DNA of 64,000 nucleotides. Origin: Eledone cirrhosa. Taxonomy: Eukaryota. Each line of letters starts with the position of its first letter. The stretch's first letter is position 1. Shown in pieces: positions 25,201 to 36,700 of the stretch. Position numbers and translations under genes: made by a program. Below the pieces are notes generated by a model that made no database searches, was not told where the DNA came from, and saw nothing but the letters and a program-made list of their open reading frames with translations. Location of the stretch: the NCBI GenBank assembly GCA_964016885.1, contig OZ024744.1, positions 130,076,001-130,140,000 on the forward strand, in the 5' to 3' direction.

Positions 25201-28200
25201 TTAAGTTAAGTTGGGGTTAAGTTAAGTTAGGGTTAAGTTAAGTTGGGGTTAAATTAAGTTGGGGTTAAGTTAAGTTGGGGTTAAGTTAAGTTGGGGTTAA
25301 GTTAAGTAGGGGGTTAAGTTAAGTTGGGGTTAAGTTAAGTTGTGGTTAAGTTAAGTTGGGGTTAAGTTAATTTGTGGTTAAGTTAAGTTGGGGTTAAGTT
25401 AAGTTGGGGTTAAGTTCAGTCGGGGTTAAGTTAAGTCGGGGTTAAGTTAAGTTGGGGTTGAGTTAAGTTGGGGTTAAGTTAAGTTGGGGTTAAGATAAGT
25501 TGGGGTTAAGTTAAGTTGGGGTTGAGTTAAGTTGGGGTTGAGTTAATTTGGGGTTAAGTTAAGTTGGAGTTAACTTAAGTTGGGTTTAAGTTAAGTTGGG
25601 GTTAAGTTCAGTTGGGGTTAAATTAAGTTGGGGTTAAGTTAAGTTGGGGGTAAGATAAGTTGGGGTTAGTTAAGTTGCGGTTAAGTTAAGTTGGGGTTAA
25701 GTTAAGTTGGGGTTAAGTTAAGTTGGGGTAAAGTTAAGTTGGGGGTAAGTTAAGTTGGGGGTAAGTTAAGTTGGGGTTAATTTAAGTTAGGTCTAATTAA
25801 GTTGGGGTTAAGTTAAGTTGGGGTTAAATTAAGTTGGGGTTAAGTTAAGTTGGGGTTAAGTTAAGTTGGGGTTAAGTTAAGTTGGGGTTAATTTCAGTTG
25901 GGGTTGAGATAAGTTGGGGTTAAGTTTAGTTGGGGTTAAGTTAAGTTGGGGTTGAGTTAAGTTGGGGTTAAGTTAAGTTGGGGCTAAGTTAAGTTCGGGT
26001 TAAGTTAAGTTGGTGTTAAGTTAAGTTGGGGTTAAGTTAAGTTGGGACTAAGTTAAGTTGGGTCTAAGTTAAGTTGGGGTTAAGTTAAGTTGGGGTTAAG
26101 TTAAGTTAGGGTTAATTTAAGTTGGGGTTATGTTAAGTTGGGGTTACGTTAAGTTGGGGTTAAGTTAGGTTGGTGTTAAGTTAAGTTGGGGGTAAGTTAA
26201 GTTGGGGGTAAGTTAAGTTGGTGTTAAGTTAAGTTGGGGTCAAGTTAAGTTGGGGTTAAGTTAAGTTGGGTTTAAGTTAAGTTGGGGTAAGTTAAGTTAG
26301 GGCTAAGTTAAGTTGGGGCTGAGTTAAGTTGGGGTTAAATTAAGTTGGGGTTAAGTTAAGTTGGGGGTAAGATAAGTGGGGGTTAGTTAAGTTGCGGTTA
26401 AGTTAAGTTGGGGTTAAGTTAAGTTGGGGTTAAGTTGATTTGGGGTAAAGTTATGTTGGGGTTAAGTTAAGTTGGGGTTAATTTAAGTTGGGGTTAAGTT
26501 AAGTTGGGGTTAATTTAAGTTGGGGTTAATTTAAGTTGGGGTTAAGTTAAGTTGGGGTTAAGTTAAGTTGGGGTTAAGTTAAGTTGGGGGTAAGTTAAGT
26601 TGGGGTTAAGTTAAGTTGGGGTTAAGTTGGGGTTAAGTTAAGTTAGGGTTAACTTAAGTTGGGGTTAAGTTAAGTGGTGGTTATGTTAAGTGGTGGTTAT
26701 GTTAACTTGGGGTTAAGTTAAGTTGGGGTTAAGTTAAATTGGGGTTAAGTTAAGTTGCGGTTAAGTTAAGTTGGGGTTAAGTTAAGTTGGGGTTAAGTTA
26801 ATTAGGGTTAAGTTAAGTTGAGGTTAAGTTAAGTTGGGGTTAAGTTAAGTTGCGGTTAAGTTAAGTTGGCGTTAAGTTAAGTTGGGGTGAAGTTAAGTTG
26901 GGATTAAGTTAAGTTGGGGTTAAGTTAAGTTGGGGTTAAGTTAAGTTGGGGTTAAGTTAGATTGTTGTTAAGTTAAGTTGGGGTTAAGTTAAGTTGGGGT
27001 TAATTTAAGTTGGGGTTAAGTTAAGTCGGGGTTAAGTTGAGTTGGAGTTAGGTTAAGTTGGGGTTAAGTTAAGTTGGGGTTAAGTTAAGTTGGGGTTGAG
27101 TTAATTTGGAGTTAACTTAAGTTGGGGTTAACTTAAGTCGGGATTAAGTTAAGTGGGGGTTAAGTTAAGTTGGGGTTAAATTAAGTTCGGGTTAAGTTAA
27201 GTTGGGGTTAAGTTAAGTTGGGGTTAAGTTAGGTTGGGGTTAAGTTAAGTTGGGGGTAAGTTAAGTTGGGGGTAAGTTCAGTTGGGGTTAAGTTAAGTTG
27301 GGGTTGAGTTAAGTTGGGGCTAAGTTAAGTTAGGGTTATGTTAAGTTGGGGTTAATTTAAGTTGGGGTTAAGTTAAGTTGGGGTTCAATTAAGTTGCGGT
27401 TAATTTAAGTTGGGGTTAAGTTAAGTTGGGGTTAAGTTAAGTTGGGGTTAAGTTAAGTTGGGGTTAAGTTAAGTTGGGGTTAAATTAAGTTGGGGTTAAG
27501 TTAAGTTGGGGTTAAGTTAAGTTGGGGTTAAGTTAAGTAGGGTTTAAGTTAAGTTGGGGTTAAGTTAAGTTGGGGTTAAGTTAAGTTGGGGTTAAGTTAA
27601 TTTGTGGTTAAGTTAAGTTGGGGTTAAGTTAAGTTGGGGTTAAGTTCAGTCGGGGTTAAGTTAAGTCGGGGTTAAGTTAAGTTGGGGTTGAGTTAAGTTG
27701 GGGTTAAGTTAAGTTGGGGTTAAGATAAGTTGGGGTTAAGTTAAGTTGGGGTTGAGTTAAGTTGGGGTTGAGTTAATTTGGGGTTAAGTTAAGTTGGAGT
27801 TAACTTAAGTTGGGTTTAAGTTAAGTTGGGGTTAAGTTAAGTTGGGGTTAAATTAAGTTGGGGTTAAGTTAAGTTGGGGGTAAGATAAGTTGGGGTTAGT
27901 TAAGTTGCGGTTAAGTTAAGTTGGGGTTAAGTTAAGTTGGGGTTAAGTTAAGTTGGGGTAAAGTTAAGTTGGGGGTAAGTTAAGTTGGGGGTAAGTTAAG
28001 TTGGGGTTAATTTAAGTTAGGTCTAATTAAGTTGGGGTTAAGTTAAGTTGGGGTTAAATTAAGTTGGGGTTAAGTTAAGTTGGGGTTAAGTTAAGTTGGG
28101 GTTAAGTTAAGTTGCGGTTAAGTTAAGTTGAGGTTAAGTTAAGTAGGGGTTAAATTATGTTGGGGTTAAGTTAAGTTCGGGTTAAGTTAAGTTGGGGTTA

Positions 28201-31200
28201 AGTTGAGTTGGGCATAAGTTAAGTTGGGGATAAGTTAAGTTGGGGTTAAGTTAAGTTGGGTTTAAGTTAAGTTTGGGTTAAGTTAAGTTTGGGTTAAGTT
28301 AAGTTGGGGTTAAGTTAAGTTGGTTAGTTAAGTTGAGTTTAAGTTAAGTTGGGGTTAGTTTAAGTTGGGGTTAAGTTAAGTTGGGGTTAAGTTAAGTTGG
28401 GGTTAAGTTAAGTTGGGGTTAAGTTAAGTTGCGGTTAAGTTAAGTTGAGGTTAAGTTAAGTTGGGGTTAAGTTAAGTTGGGGTTAAGTTAAGTTGGGGCT
28501 AAGTTAAGTTGGGGCTAAGTTAAGTTGGGGCTAAGTTAAGTTGGGGTTAAGTTAACTTTGGGTTAAGTTAATTTGGGTTTGAGTTAAGTTGGGGTTAATT
28601 AAGTTGGGGTTAAGTTAAGTTGGGGTTAAGTTAAGTTGGGGTTAAGTTAAGTTGGGGTTAAGTTAAGTTGCGGTTAAGTTAAGTTGATGTTAAGTTAAGT
28701 TGATGTTAAGTTAAGTTGGGGTTAAGTTAAGTCGGGGTTAAGTTAAGGTGGGGTTAAGTTAAGTTGGGGTCAACTAAAGTTGGGGTTAAGTTAAGTTGGG
28801 GTTAACTTAAGTTGGGGTTAAGTTAAGTTGGGGTTAAGTTGGGGTTAAATTAAATTGGGGTTAAGTTAAGTTGGGGTTAAGTTAAATGGGGTTAAGTTAA
28901 GTTGCGGGTAATTTAAGTTGGGGTTAAGTTAAGTTGGGGTTAAGTTAAGTTGGGGGTAAGTTAAGTTGGGGGTAAGTTAAGTTGGGGGTAAGTTAAGTTG
29001 GGGTTAAGTTAAGTTGGGGTTAAGTTAAGTTGGGGTTAAGTTAAGTTAGGGTTAAGTTAAGTTGGGGTTGAGTTAAGTTGGGGTTAAGTTAAGTTGGGGT
29101 TATGTTAAGTTGGGGTTAAGTTAAGTTGGGGTTAAGTTAAGTTGGGGTTAAGTTAAGTTGCGGTTAAGTTAAGTTGGGGTTAAATTAAGTTGGGGTTAAG
29201 TTAAGTTGGGATTAATTTAAGTTGGGTTAAGTTAAGTTGGGGTTAAGTTAAGTTGGGGTTAAGTTAGATTGTTGTTAAGTTAAGTTGAGGTTAAGTTAAG
29301 TTGGGGTTAATTTAAGTTGGGGTTAATTTAAGTTGGGTCTAATTAAGTTGGGGTTAAGTTAAGTTGGTGGTAAGTTAAGTTGGGGGATAGTTAAGATGGG
29401 GTTAAGTTAAGTTGGGGTTAATTTAATTTGGGGTTAAGTTAAGTTAGGGGTAAGTTAAGTTGGGGTTAAGTTAAGTTGGGGTTAAGTTAAGTCGGGGTTA
29501 ATTTAAGTTGCGGTTAAGTTAAGTTGGGGTTAAGTTAAGTTGGGGTTAAGTTAAGTTGGGATTAAGTTAAGTTGGGGTTAAGTTAAGTTGGGGTTGAGTT
29601 AAGTTGGGGTTAAGTTAGATTGTTGTTAAGTTATTTTGGGGTTAAGTTAAGTTGGGGTTAAGTTAAGTTGGGGTTAATTTAAGTTGTGGTTAAGTTAAGT
29701 GGGGGTTAAGTTGAGTTGGGGTTTAGTTAAGTTGGGGTTAAGTTAAGTTGGGGTTAAGTTAAGTTGGGGTTAAGATAAGTTGGGGTTAAGTTAAGTTGGG
29801 GTTGAGTTAAGTTCGGGTTGAGTTAATTTGGGGTTAACTTAAGTTGGGGTTAAGTTAAGTTGGGATTAAGTTAAGTTGGGGTTAAATTAAGTTCGGGTTA
29901 AGTTAAGTTGGGGTTAAGTTAACTTGGGGTTAAGTTAAGTTGGGGTTAAGTTAAGTTGGGGTTAAGTTAGGTTGGGGTTAAGTTATGTTGGGGGTAAGTT
30001 AAGTTGGGGGTAAGTTAAGTTGGGGGTAAGTTAAGTTGGGTCTAATTAAGTTGGGGTTAAGTTAAGTTGGGGTTAAGTTAAGTTGGGGTTAAGTTAAGTT
30101 GGGGTTAAGTTAAGTTGGGGTTAGGTTAAGTTGGGGCTAAGTTAAGTTGGGGTTAAGTTAAGTTGGGGTTACGTTAAGTTGGGGGTAAGTTAAGTTGGTG
30201 GTAAGTTAAGTTGGGGGTAAGTTAAGATGGGGTTAAGTTAAGTTGGGGTTAATTTAATTTGGGGTGAAGTTAAGTTGGGGTTAAGTTAAGTTTGGGTTAA
30301 GTTAAGTTGGAGTTAAGTTAAGTTGGGGGTAAGTTAAGTTGGGGTTAAGTTAAGTTGGGGTTAAGATAAGTTGGGGTTAAGTTAAGTTGGGGTTGAGCTA
30401 AGTTGGGGTTGAGTTAATTTGGGGTTAAGTTAAGTTGGGGTTAAGTTAAGTTGGGTTTAAGTTAAGTTGGGGTTAAATTAAGTTGGGGTTAAGCTAAGTT
30501 GGGGTTAAGTTAAATTGAGGTTAAGTTAAGTTGGGGTTAATTTAAGTTGGGGTTAAGCTAAGTTGGGGTTAAGTTAAATTGAGGTTAAGTTAAGTTGGGG
30601 TTAAGTTAAGTTGGGGTTAATTTAAGTTGGGGCTAAGTAAAGTTGGGGCTAAGTTAAGTGGGGGTTAAGTTAAGTTAGGGTTGAGTTAAGTTGGGGTTAA
30701 GTTAACTTTGGGTTAAGTTAAGTTGGGTTTGAGTTAAGTTGGGGTTAATTAAGTTGGGGTTAAGTTAAGTTGGGGTTAAGTTAAGTTGCGGTTAAGTTAA
30801 GTTGAGGTTAAGTTAAGTTTGGGTTAAGTTAAGTTTGGGTTAAGTTAAGTTGGGGTTAAGTTAAGTTGGTTAGTTAAGTTGAGTTTAAGTTAAGTTGGGG
30901 TTAATTTAAGTTGGGGTTAAGTTAAGTTGGGGTTAAGTTAAGTTGGGGTTAAGTTAAGTTGGGGTTAAGTTAAGTTGCGGTTAAGTTAAGTTGAGGTTAA
31001 GTTAAGTTGGGTTTAAGTTAAGTTGGGGTTAAGTTAAGTTGGGGCTAAGTTAAGTTGGGGCTAAGTTAAGTTGGGGCTAAGTTAAGTTGGGGTTAAGTTA
31101 ACTTTGGGTTAAGTTAATTTGGGTTTGAGTTAAGTTGGGGTTAATTAAGTTGGGGTTAAGTTAAGTTGGGGTTAAGTTAAGTTGGGGTTAAGTTAAGTTG

Positions 31201-33730
31201 GGGTTAAGTTAAGTTGCGGTTAAGTTAAGTTGATGTTAAGTTAAGTTGATGTTAAGTTAAGTTGGGGTTAAGTTAAGTCGGGGTTAAGTTAAGGTGGGGT
31301 TAAGTTAAGTTGGGGTCAACTAAAGTTGGGGTTAAGTTAAGTTGGGGTTAACTTAAGTTGGGGTTAAGTTAAGTTGGGGTTAAGTTGGGGTTAAATTAAG
31401 AAGGGGCTAAGTTAAGTTGGGGTTAAGTTAAATTGGGTTAAGTTAAGTTGCGGGTAATTTACGTTGGGGTTAAGTTAAGTTGGGGTTAAGTTAAGTTGGG
31501 GGTAAGTTAAGTTGGGGGTAAGTTAAGTTGGGGGTAAGTTAAGTTGGGGTTAAGTTAAGTTGGGGTTAAGTTAAGTTGGGGTTAAGTTAAGTTAGGGTTA
31601 AGTTAAGTTGGGGTTGAGTTAAGTTGGGGTTAAGTTAAGTTGGGGTTATGTTAAGTTGGGGTTAAGTTAAGTTGGGGTTAAGTTAAGTTGGGGTTAAGTT
31701 AAGTTGCGGTTAAGTTAGATTGTTGTTAAGTTAAGTTGAGGTTAAGTTAAGTTGGGGTTAATTTAAGTTGGGGTTAATTTAAGTTGGGTCTAATTAAGTT
31801 GGGGTTAAGTTAAGTTGGTGGTAAGTTAAGTTGGGGGATATTTAAGATGGGGTTAAGTTAAGTTGGGGTTAATTTAATTTGGGGTTAAGTTAAGTTAGGG
31901 GTAAGTTAAGTTGGGGTTAAGTTAAGTTGGGGTTAAGTTAAGTCGGGGTTAATTTAAGTTGCGGTTAAGTTAAGTTGGGGTTAAGTTAAGTTGGGGTTAA
32001 GTTAAGTTGGGATTAAGTTAAGTTGGGGTTAAGTTAAGTTGGGGTTGAGTTAAGTTGGGGTTAAGTTAGATTGTTGTTAAGTTATTTTGGGGTTAAGTTA
32101 AGTTGGGGTTAAGTTAAGTTGGGGTTAATTTAAGTTGTGGTTAAGTTAAGTGGGGGTTAAGTTGAGTTGGGGTTAAGTTAAGTTGGGGTTAAGTTAAGTT
32201 GGGGTTAAGTTAAGTTGGGGTTAAGGTAAGTTGGGGTTAAGTTAAGTTGGGGTTGAGTTAAGTTCGGGTTGAGTTAATTTGGGGTTAACTTAAGTTGGGG
32301 TTAAGTTAAGTTGGGATTAAGTTAAGTTGGGGTTAAGTTAAGTTTGGGTTAAATTAAGTTCGGGTTAAATTAAGTTGGGGTTAAGTTAACTTGGGGTTAA
32401 GTTAAGTTGGGGTTAAGTTAAGTTGGGGTTAAGTTAGGTTGGGGTTAAGTTATGTTGGGGGTAAGTTCAGTTGGGGGTAAGTTAAGTTGGGGGTAAGTTA
32501 AGTTGGGTCTAATTAAGTTGGGGTTAAGTTAAGTTGGGGTTAAGTTAAGTTGGGGTTAAGTTAAGTTGGGGTTAAGTTAAGTTGGGGTTAGGTTAAGTTG
32601 GGGCTAAGTTAAGTTGGGGTTAAGTTAAGTTGGGGTTACGTTAAGTTGGGGGTAAGTTAAGTTGGTGGTAAGTTAAGTTGGGGGTAAGTTAAGATGGGGT
32701 TAAGTTAAGTTGGGGTTAATTTAATTTGGGGTGAAGTTAAGTTGGGGTTAAGTTAAGTTGGGGTTAAGTTAAGTTGGAGTTAAGTTAAGTTGGGGGTAAG
32801 TTAAGTTGGGGTTAAGTTAAGTTGGGGTTAAGATAAGTTGGGGTTAAGTTAAGTTGGGGTTGAGCTAAGTTGGGGTTGAGTTAATTTGGGGTTAAGTTAA
32901 GTTGGGGTTAAGTTAAGTTGGGTTTAAGTTAAGTTGGGGTTAAGTTAAGTTGGGGTTAAATTAAGTTGGGGTTAAGCTAAGTTGGGGTTAAGTTAAATTG
33001 AGGTTAAGTTAAGTTGGGGTTAATTTAAGTTGGGGTTAAGCTAAGTTGGGGTTAAGTTAAATTGAGGTTAAGTTAAGTTGGGGTTAAGTTAAGTTGGGGT
33101 TAATTTAAGTTGGGGCTAAGTAAAGTTGGGGGTAAGTTAAGTGGGGGTTAAGTTAAGTTAGGGTTGAGTTAAGTTGGGGTTAAGTTAACTTTGGGTTAAG
33201 TTAAGTTGGGTTTGAGTTAAGTTGGGGTTAATTAAGTTGGGGTTAAGTTAAGTTGGGGTTAAGTTAAGTTGCGGTTAAGTTAAGTTGAGGTTAAGTTAAG
33301 TTGGGGTTAAGTGAAGTTGGGGTTAAGTTAAGTTGGGGCTAAGTTAAGTTGGGGCTAAGTTAAGTTGGGGCTTAGTTAAGTTGGGGTTAAGTTAAGTTGG
33401 GGTTAAGTTAAGGTGGGGTTTAGTTAAGTTGGGGTCAACTAAAGTTGGGGTTAAGTTAAGTTGGGGTTCACTTAAGTTGGGGTTAAGTTAAGTTGGGGTT
33501 AAGTTAAGTTGGGGTTTATTTAAGTTGGGGTTCAGTTAATTTGGGGTTAAGTTAAGTTTGGGTTTAGTTGGGGTTAAATTAAGTTGGGGTTAAGTTAAGT
33601 TGGGGTTAAGTTACGTTGGGGTTAATTTAAGTTGGGGTTAAGTTAAGTTGCGGGTAATTTAAGTTGGGGTTAAGTTAAGTTGGGGTTAAGTTAAGTTGGG
33701 GTTAAGTTAAGTTGGGGGTAAGTTAAGTTG
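19238..33730 (+). repeat. Large duplicated block A, copy 2 (right part re-duplicated within the 14.1-kb unit)
   Basis: Colinear variant order with 1-15830. The offset shifts are explained by block indels (about 190 bp near 3830, and 1,668 bp near 8360-10030). Confidence 0.9.
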
Positions 33731-36700
33731 GGGGTAAGTTAAGTTGGGGGTAAGTTAAGTTGGAGTTAAGTTAAGTTGGGGGTAAGATAAGTTGGGGTTA
33801 AGTTAAGTTGGGGTTAAGATAAGTTGGGGTTAAGTTAAGTTGGGGTTGAGCTAAGTTGGGGTTGAGTTAATTTGGGGTTAAGTTAAGTTGGGGTTAAGTT
33901 AAGTTGGGTTTAAGTTAAGTTGGGGTTAAGTTAAGTTGGGGTTAAATTAAGTTGGGGTTAAGCTAAGTTGGGGTTAAGTTAAATTGAGGTTAAGTTAAGT
34001 TGGGGTTAATTTAAGTTGGGGTTAAGCTAAGTTGGGGTTAAGTTAAATTGAGGTTAAGTTAAGTTGGGATTAAGTTAAGTTGGGGTTAATTTAAGTTGGG
34101 GCTAAGTAAAGTTGGGGCTAAGTTAAGTGGGGGTTAAGTTAAGTTAGGGTTGAGTTAAGTTGGGGTTAAGTTAACTTTGGGTTAAGTTAAGTTGGGTTTG
34201 AGTTAAGTTGGGGTTAATTAAGTTGGGGTTAAGTTAAGTTGGGGTTAAGTTAAGTTGCGGTTAAGTTAAGTTGAGGTTAAGTTAAGTTGGGGTTAAGTGA
34301 AGTTGGGGTTAAGTTAAGTTGGGGCTAATTTAAGTTGGGGCTAAGTTAAGTTGGGGCTTAGTTAAGTTGGGGTTAAGTTAAGTTGGGGTTAAGTTAAGGT
34401 GGGGTTTAGTTAAGTTGGGGTCAACTAAAGTTGGGGTTAAGTTAAGTTGGGGTTCACTTAAGTTGGGGTTAAGTTAAGTTGGGGTTAAGTTAAGTTGGGG
34501 TTTATTTAAGTTGGGGTTCAGTTAATTTGGGGTTAAGTTAAGTTTGGGTTTAGTTGGGGTTAAATTAAGTTGGGGTTAAGTTAAGTTGGGGTTAAGTTAC
34601 GTTGGGGTTAATTTAAGTTGGGGTTAAGTTAAGTTGCGGGTAATTTAAGTTGGGGTTAAGTTAAGTTGGGGTTAAGTTAAGTTGGGATTAAGTTAAGTTG
34701 GGGGTAAGTTAAGTTGGGGGTAAGTTAAGTTGGGGGTAAGTTAAGTTGGGGTTAAGTTAAGTTGGGGTTAAGTTAAGTTGGGGTTAAGTTAAGTTAGGGT
34801 TAAGTTAAGTTGGGGTTGAGTTAAGTTGGGGTTAAGTTAAGTTGGGGTTATGTTAAGTTGGGGTTAGGTTAAATTGGGGTTAATTTAACTTTGTGGTTAA
34901 GTTAAGTTGGGGTTAATTTAAGTTGGGGTTAAGTTAAGTTGGGGTTAATTTAAGTTGCGGTTAAGTTAAGTTGAGGTTAAGTTAAGTTGGGGTTAAGTTA
35001 AGTTGGGGTTAAGTTAAGTTGGGGCTAAGTTAAGTTGGGGCTAAGTTAAGTTGGGGCTTAGTTAAGTTGGGGTTAAGTTAAGTTGGGGTTAAGTTAAGGT
35101 GGGGTTTAGTTAAGTTGGGGTCAACTAAAGTTGGGGTTAAGTTAAGTTGGGGTTTATTTAAGTTGGGGTTCAGTTAATTTGGGGTTAAGTTAAGTTTGGG
35201 TTAAGTTGGGGTTAAATTAAGTTGGGGTTAAGTTAAGTTGGGGTTAAGTTAAGTTGGGGTTAAGTTAAGTTGGGGTCAAGTTAAGTTGGGGTTAAGTTAA
35301 GTTTGGGGTAAGTTAAGTTGGGGGTAAGTTAAGTTGGTGTTAAGTTAAGTTGGGGTTAAGTTAAGTTGGGGTTAAGTTAAGTTGGGGTTAAGTTAAGTTG
35401 GGGTTAAGTTAAGTTGCGGTTAAGTTAAGTTGAGGTTAATTTAAGTAGGGGTTAAATTATGTTGGGGTTAAGTTAAGTTCGGGTTAAGTTAAGTTGGGGT
35501 TAAGTTGAGTTGGGGATAAGTTAAGTTGGGGATAAGTTAAGTTGGGGTTAAGTTAAGTTGGGTTTAAGTTAAGTTTGGGTTAAGTTAAGTTGGGGTTAAG
35601 TTAAGTTGGGGTTAAGTTAAGTTGGTTAGTTAAGTTGAGTTGGGGCTAAGTTAAGTTGGGGTTAAGTTAACTTTGGGTTAAGTTAATTTGGGTTTGAGTT
35701 AAGTTGGGGTTAATTAAGTTAGGGTTAAGTTAAGTTGGGGTTAAGTTAAGTTGGGGTTAAGTTAAGTTGGGGTTAAGTTAAGTTGCGGTTAAGTTAAGTT
35801 GATGTTAAGTTAATTTGGGGTTAAGTTAAGTTGGGGTTAAGTTAAGTTGGGGTTAAGTTAAGTTGGGGTTAAGTTAAGGTGGGGTTAAGTTAAGTTGGGG
35901 TCAACTTAAGTTGGGGTTAAGTTAAGTTGGGGTTAACTTAAGTTGGGGTTAAGTTAAGTTGGGGTTAAGTTAAGTTGAGGTTAAGTTAAGTTGGTGGTTA
36001 AGTTAAGTTGGGGCTAAGTTAAGTTGGGGCTGAGTTAAGTTGGGGCTGAGTTAAGTTGGAGTTAAGTTAAGCTGGGTTGAGTTAAGTTGCGGTTAAGTTA
36101 AGTTGGGGTTAAGTTAAGTTGGGGTTAAGTTAAGTTGGGGTTAAGTTAAGTTGGGGTTTATTTAAGTTGGGGTTCAGTTAATTTGGGGTTAAGTTAAGTT
36201 TGGGTTAAGTTGGAGTTAAATTAAGTTGGGGTTAAATTAAGTTGGGGTTAAGCTAAGTTGGGGTTAAGTTAAGTTGGGGTTAATTTAAGTTGGGGTTAAG
36301 TTAAGTTGCGGGTAATTTAAGTCGGGGTTAAGTTAAGTTGGGGTTAAGTTAAGTTGGGGTTAAGTTAAGGTGGGGTTTAGTTAAGTTGGGGTTAAGTTAA
36401 GTTAGGGGTAAGTTAAGTTGGGGGTAAGTTAAGTTGGGGGTAAGTTAAGTTGGGGTTAAGTTAAGTTGGGGTTAAGTTAAGTTGGGGTTGAGTTAAGTTG
36501 GGGTTAAGTTAAGTTGGGGTTATGTTAAGTTGGGGTTAAGTTAAATTGGGGTTAATTTAACTTTGTGGTTAAGTTAAGTTGGGGTTAATTTAAGTTGGGG
36601 TTAAGTTAAGTTGGGGTTAATTTAAGTTGCGGTTAAGTTAAGTTGAGGTTAAGTTAAGTTGGGGTTAAGTTAAGTTGGGGTTAAGTTAAGTTGGGGTTTA

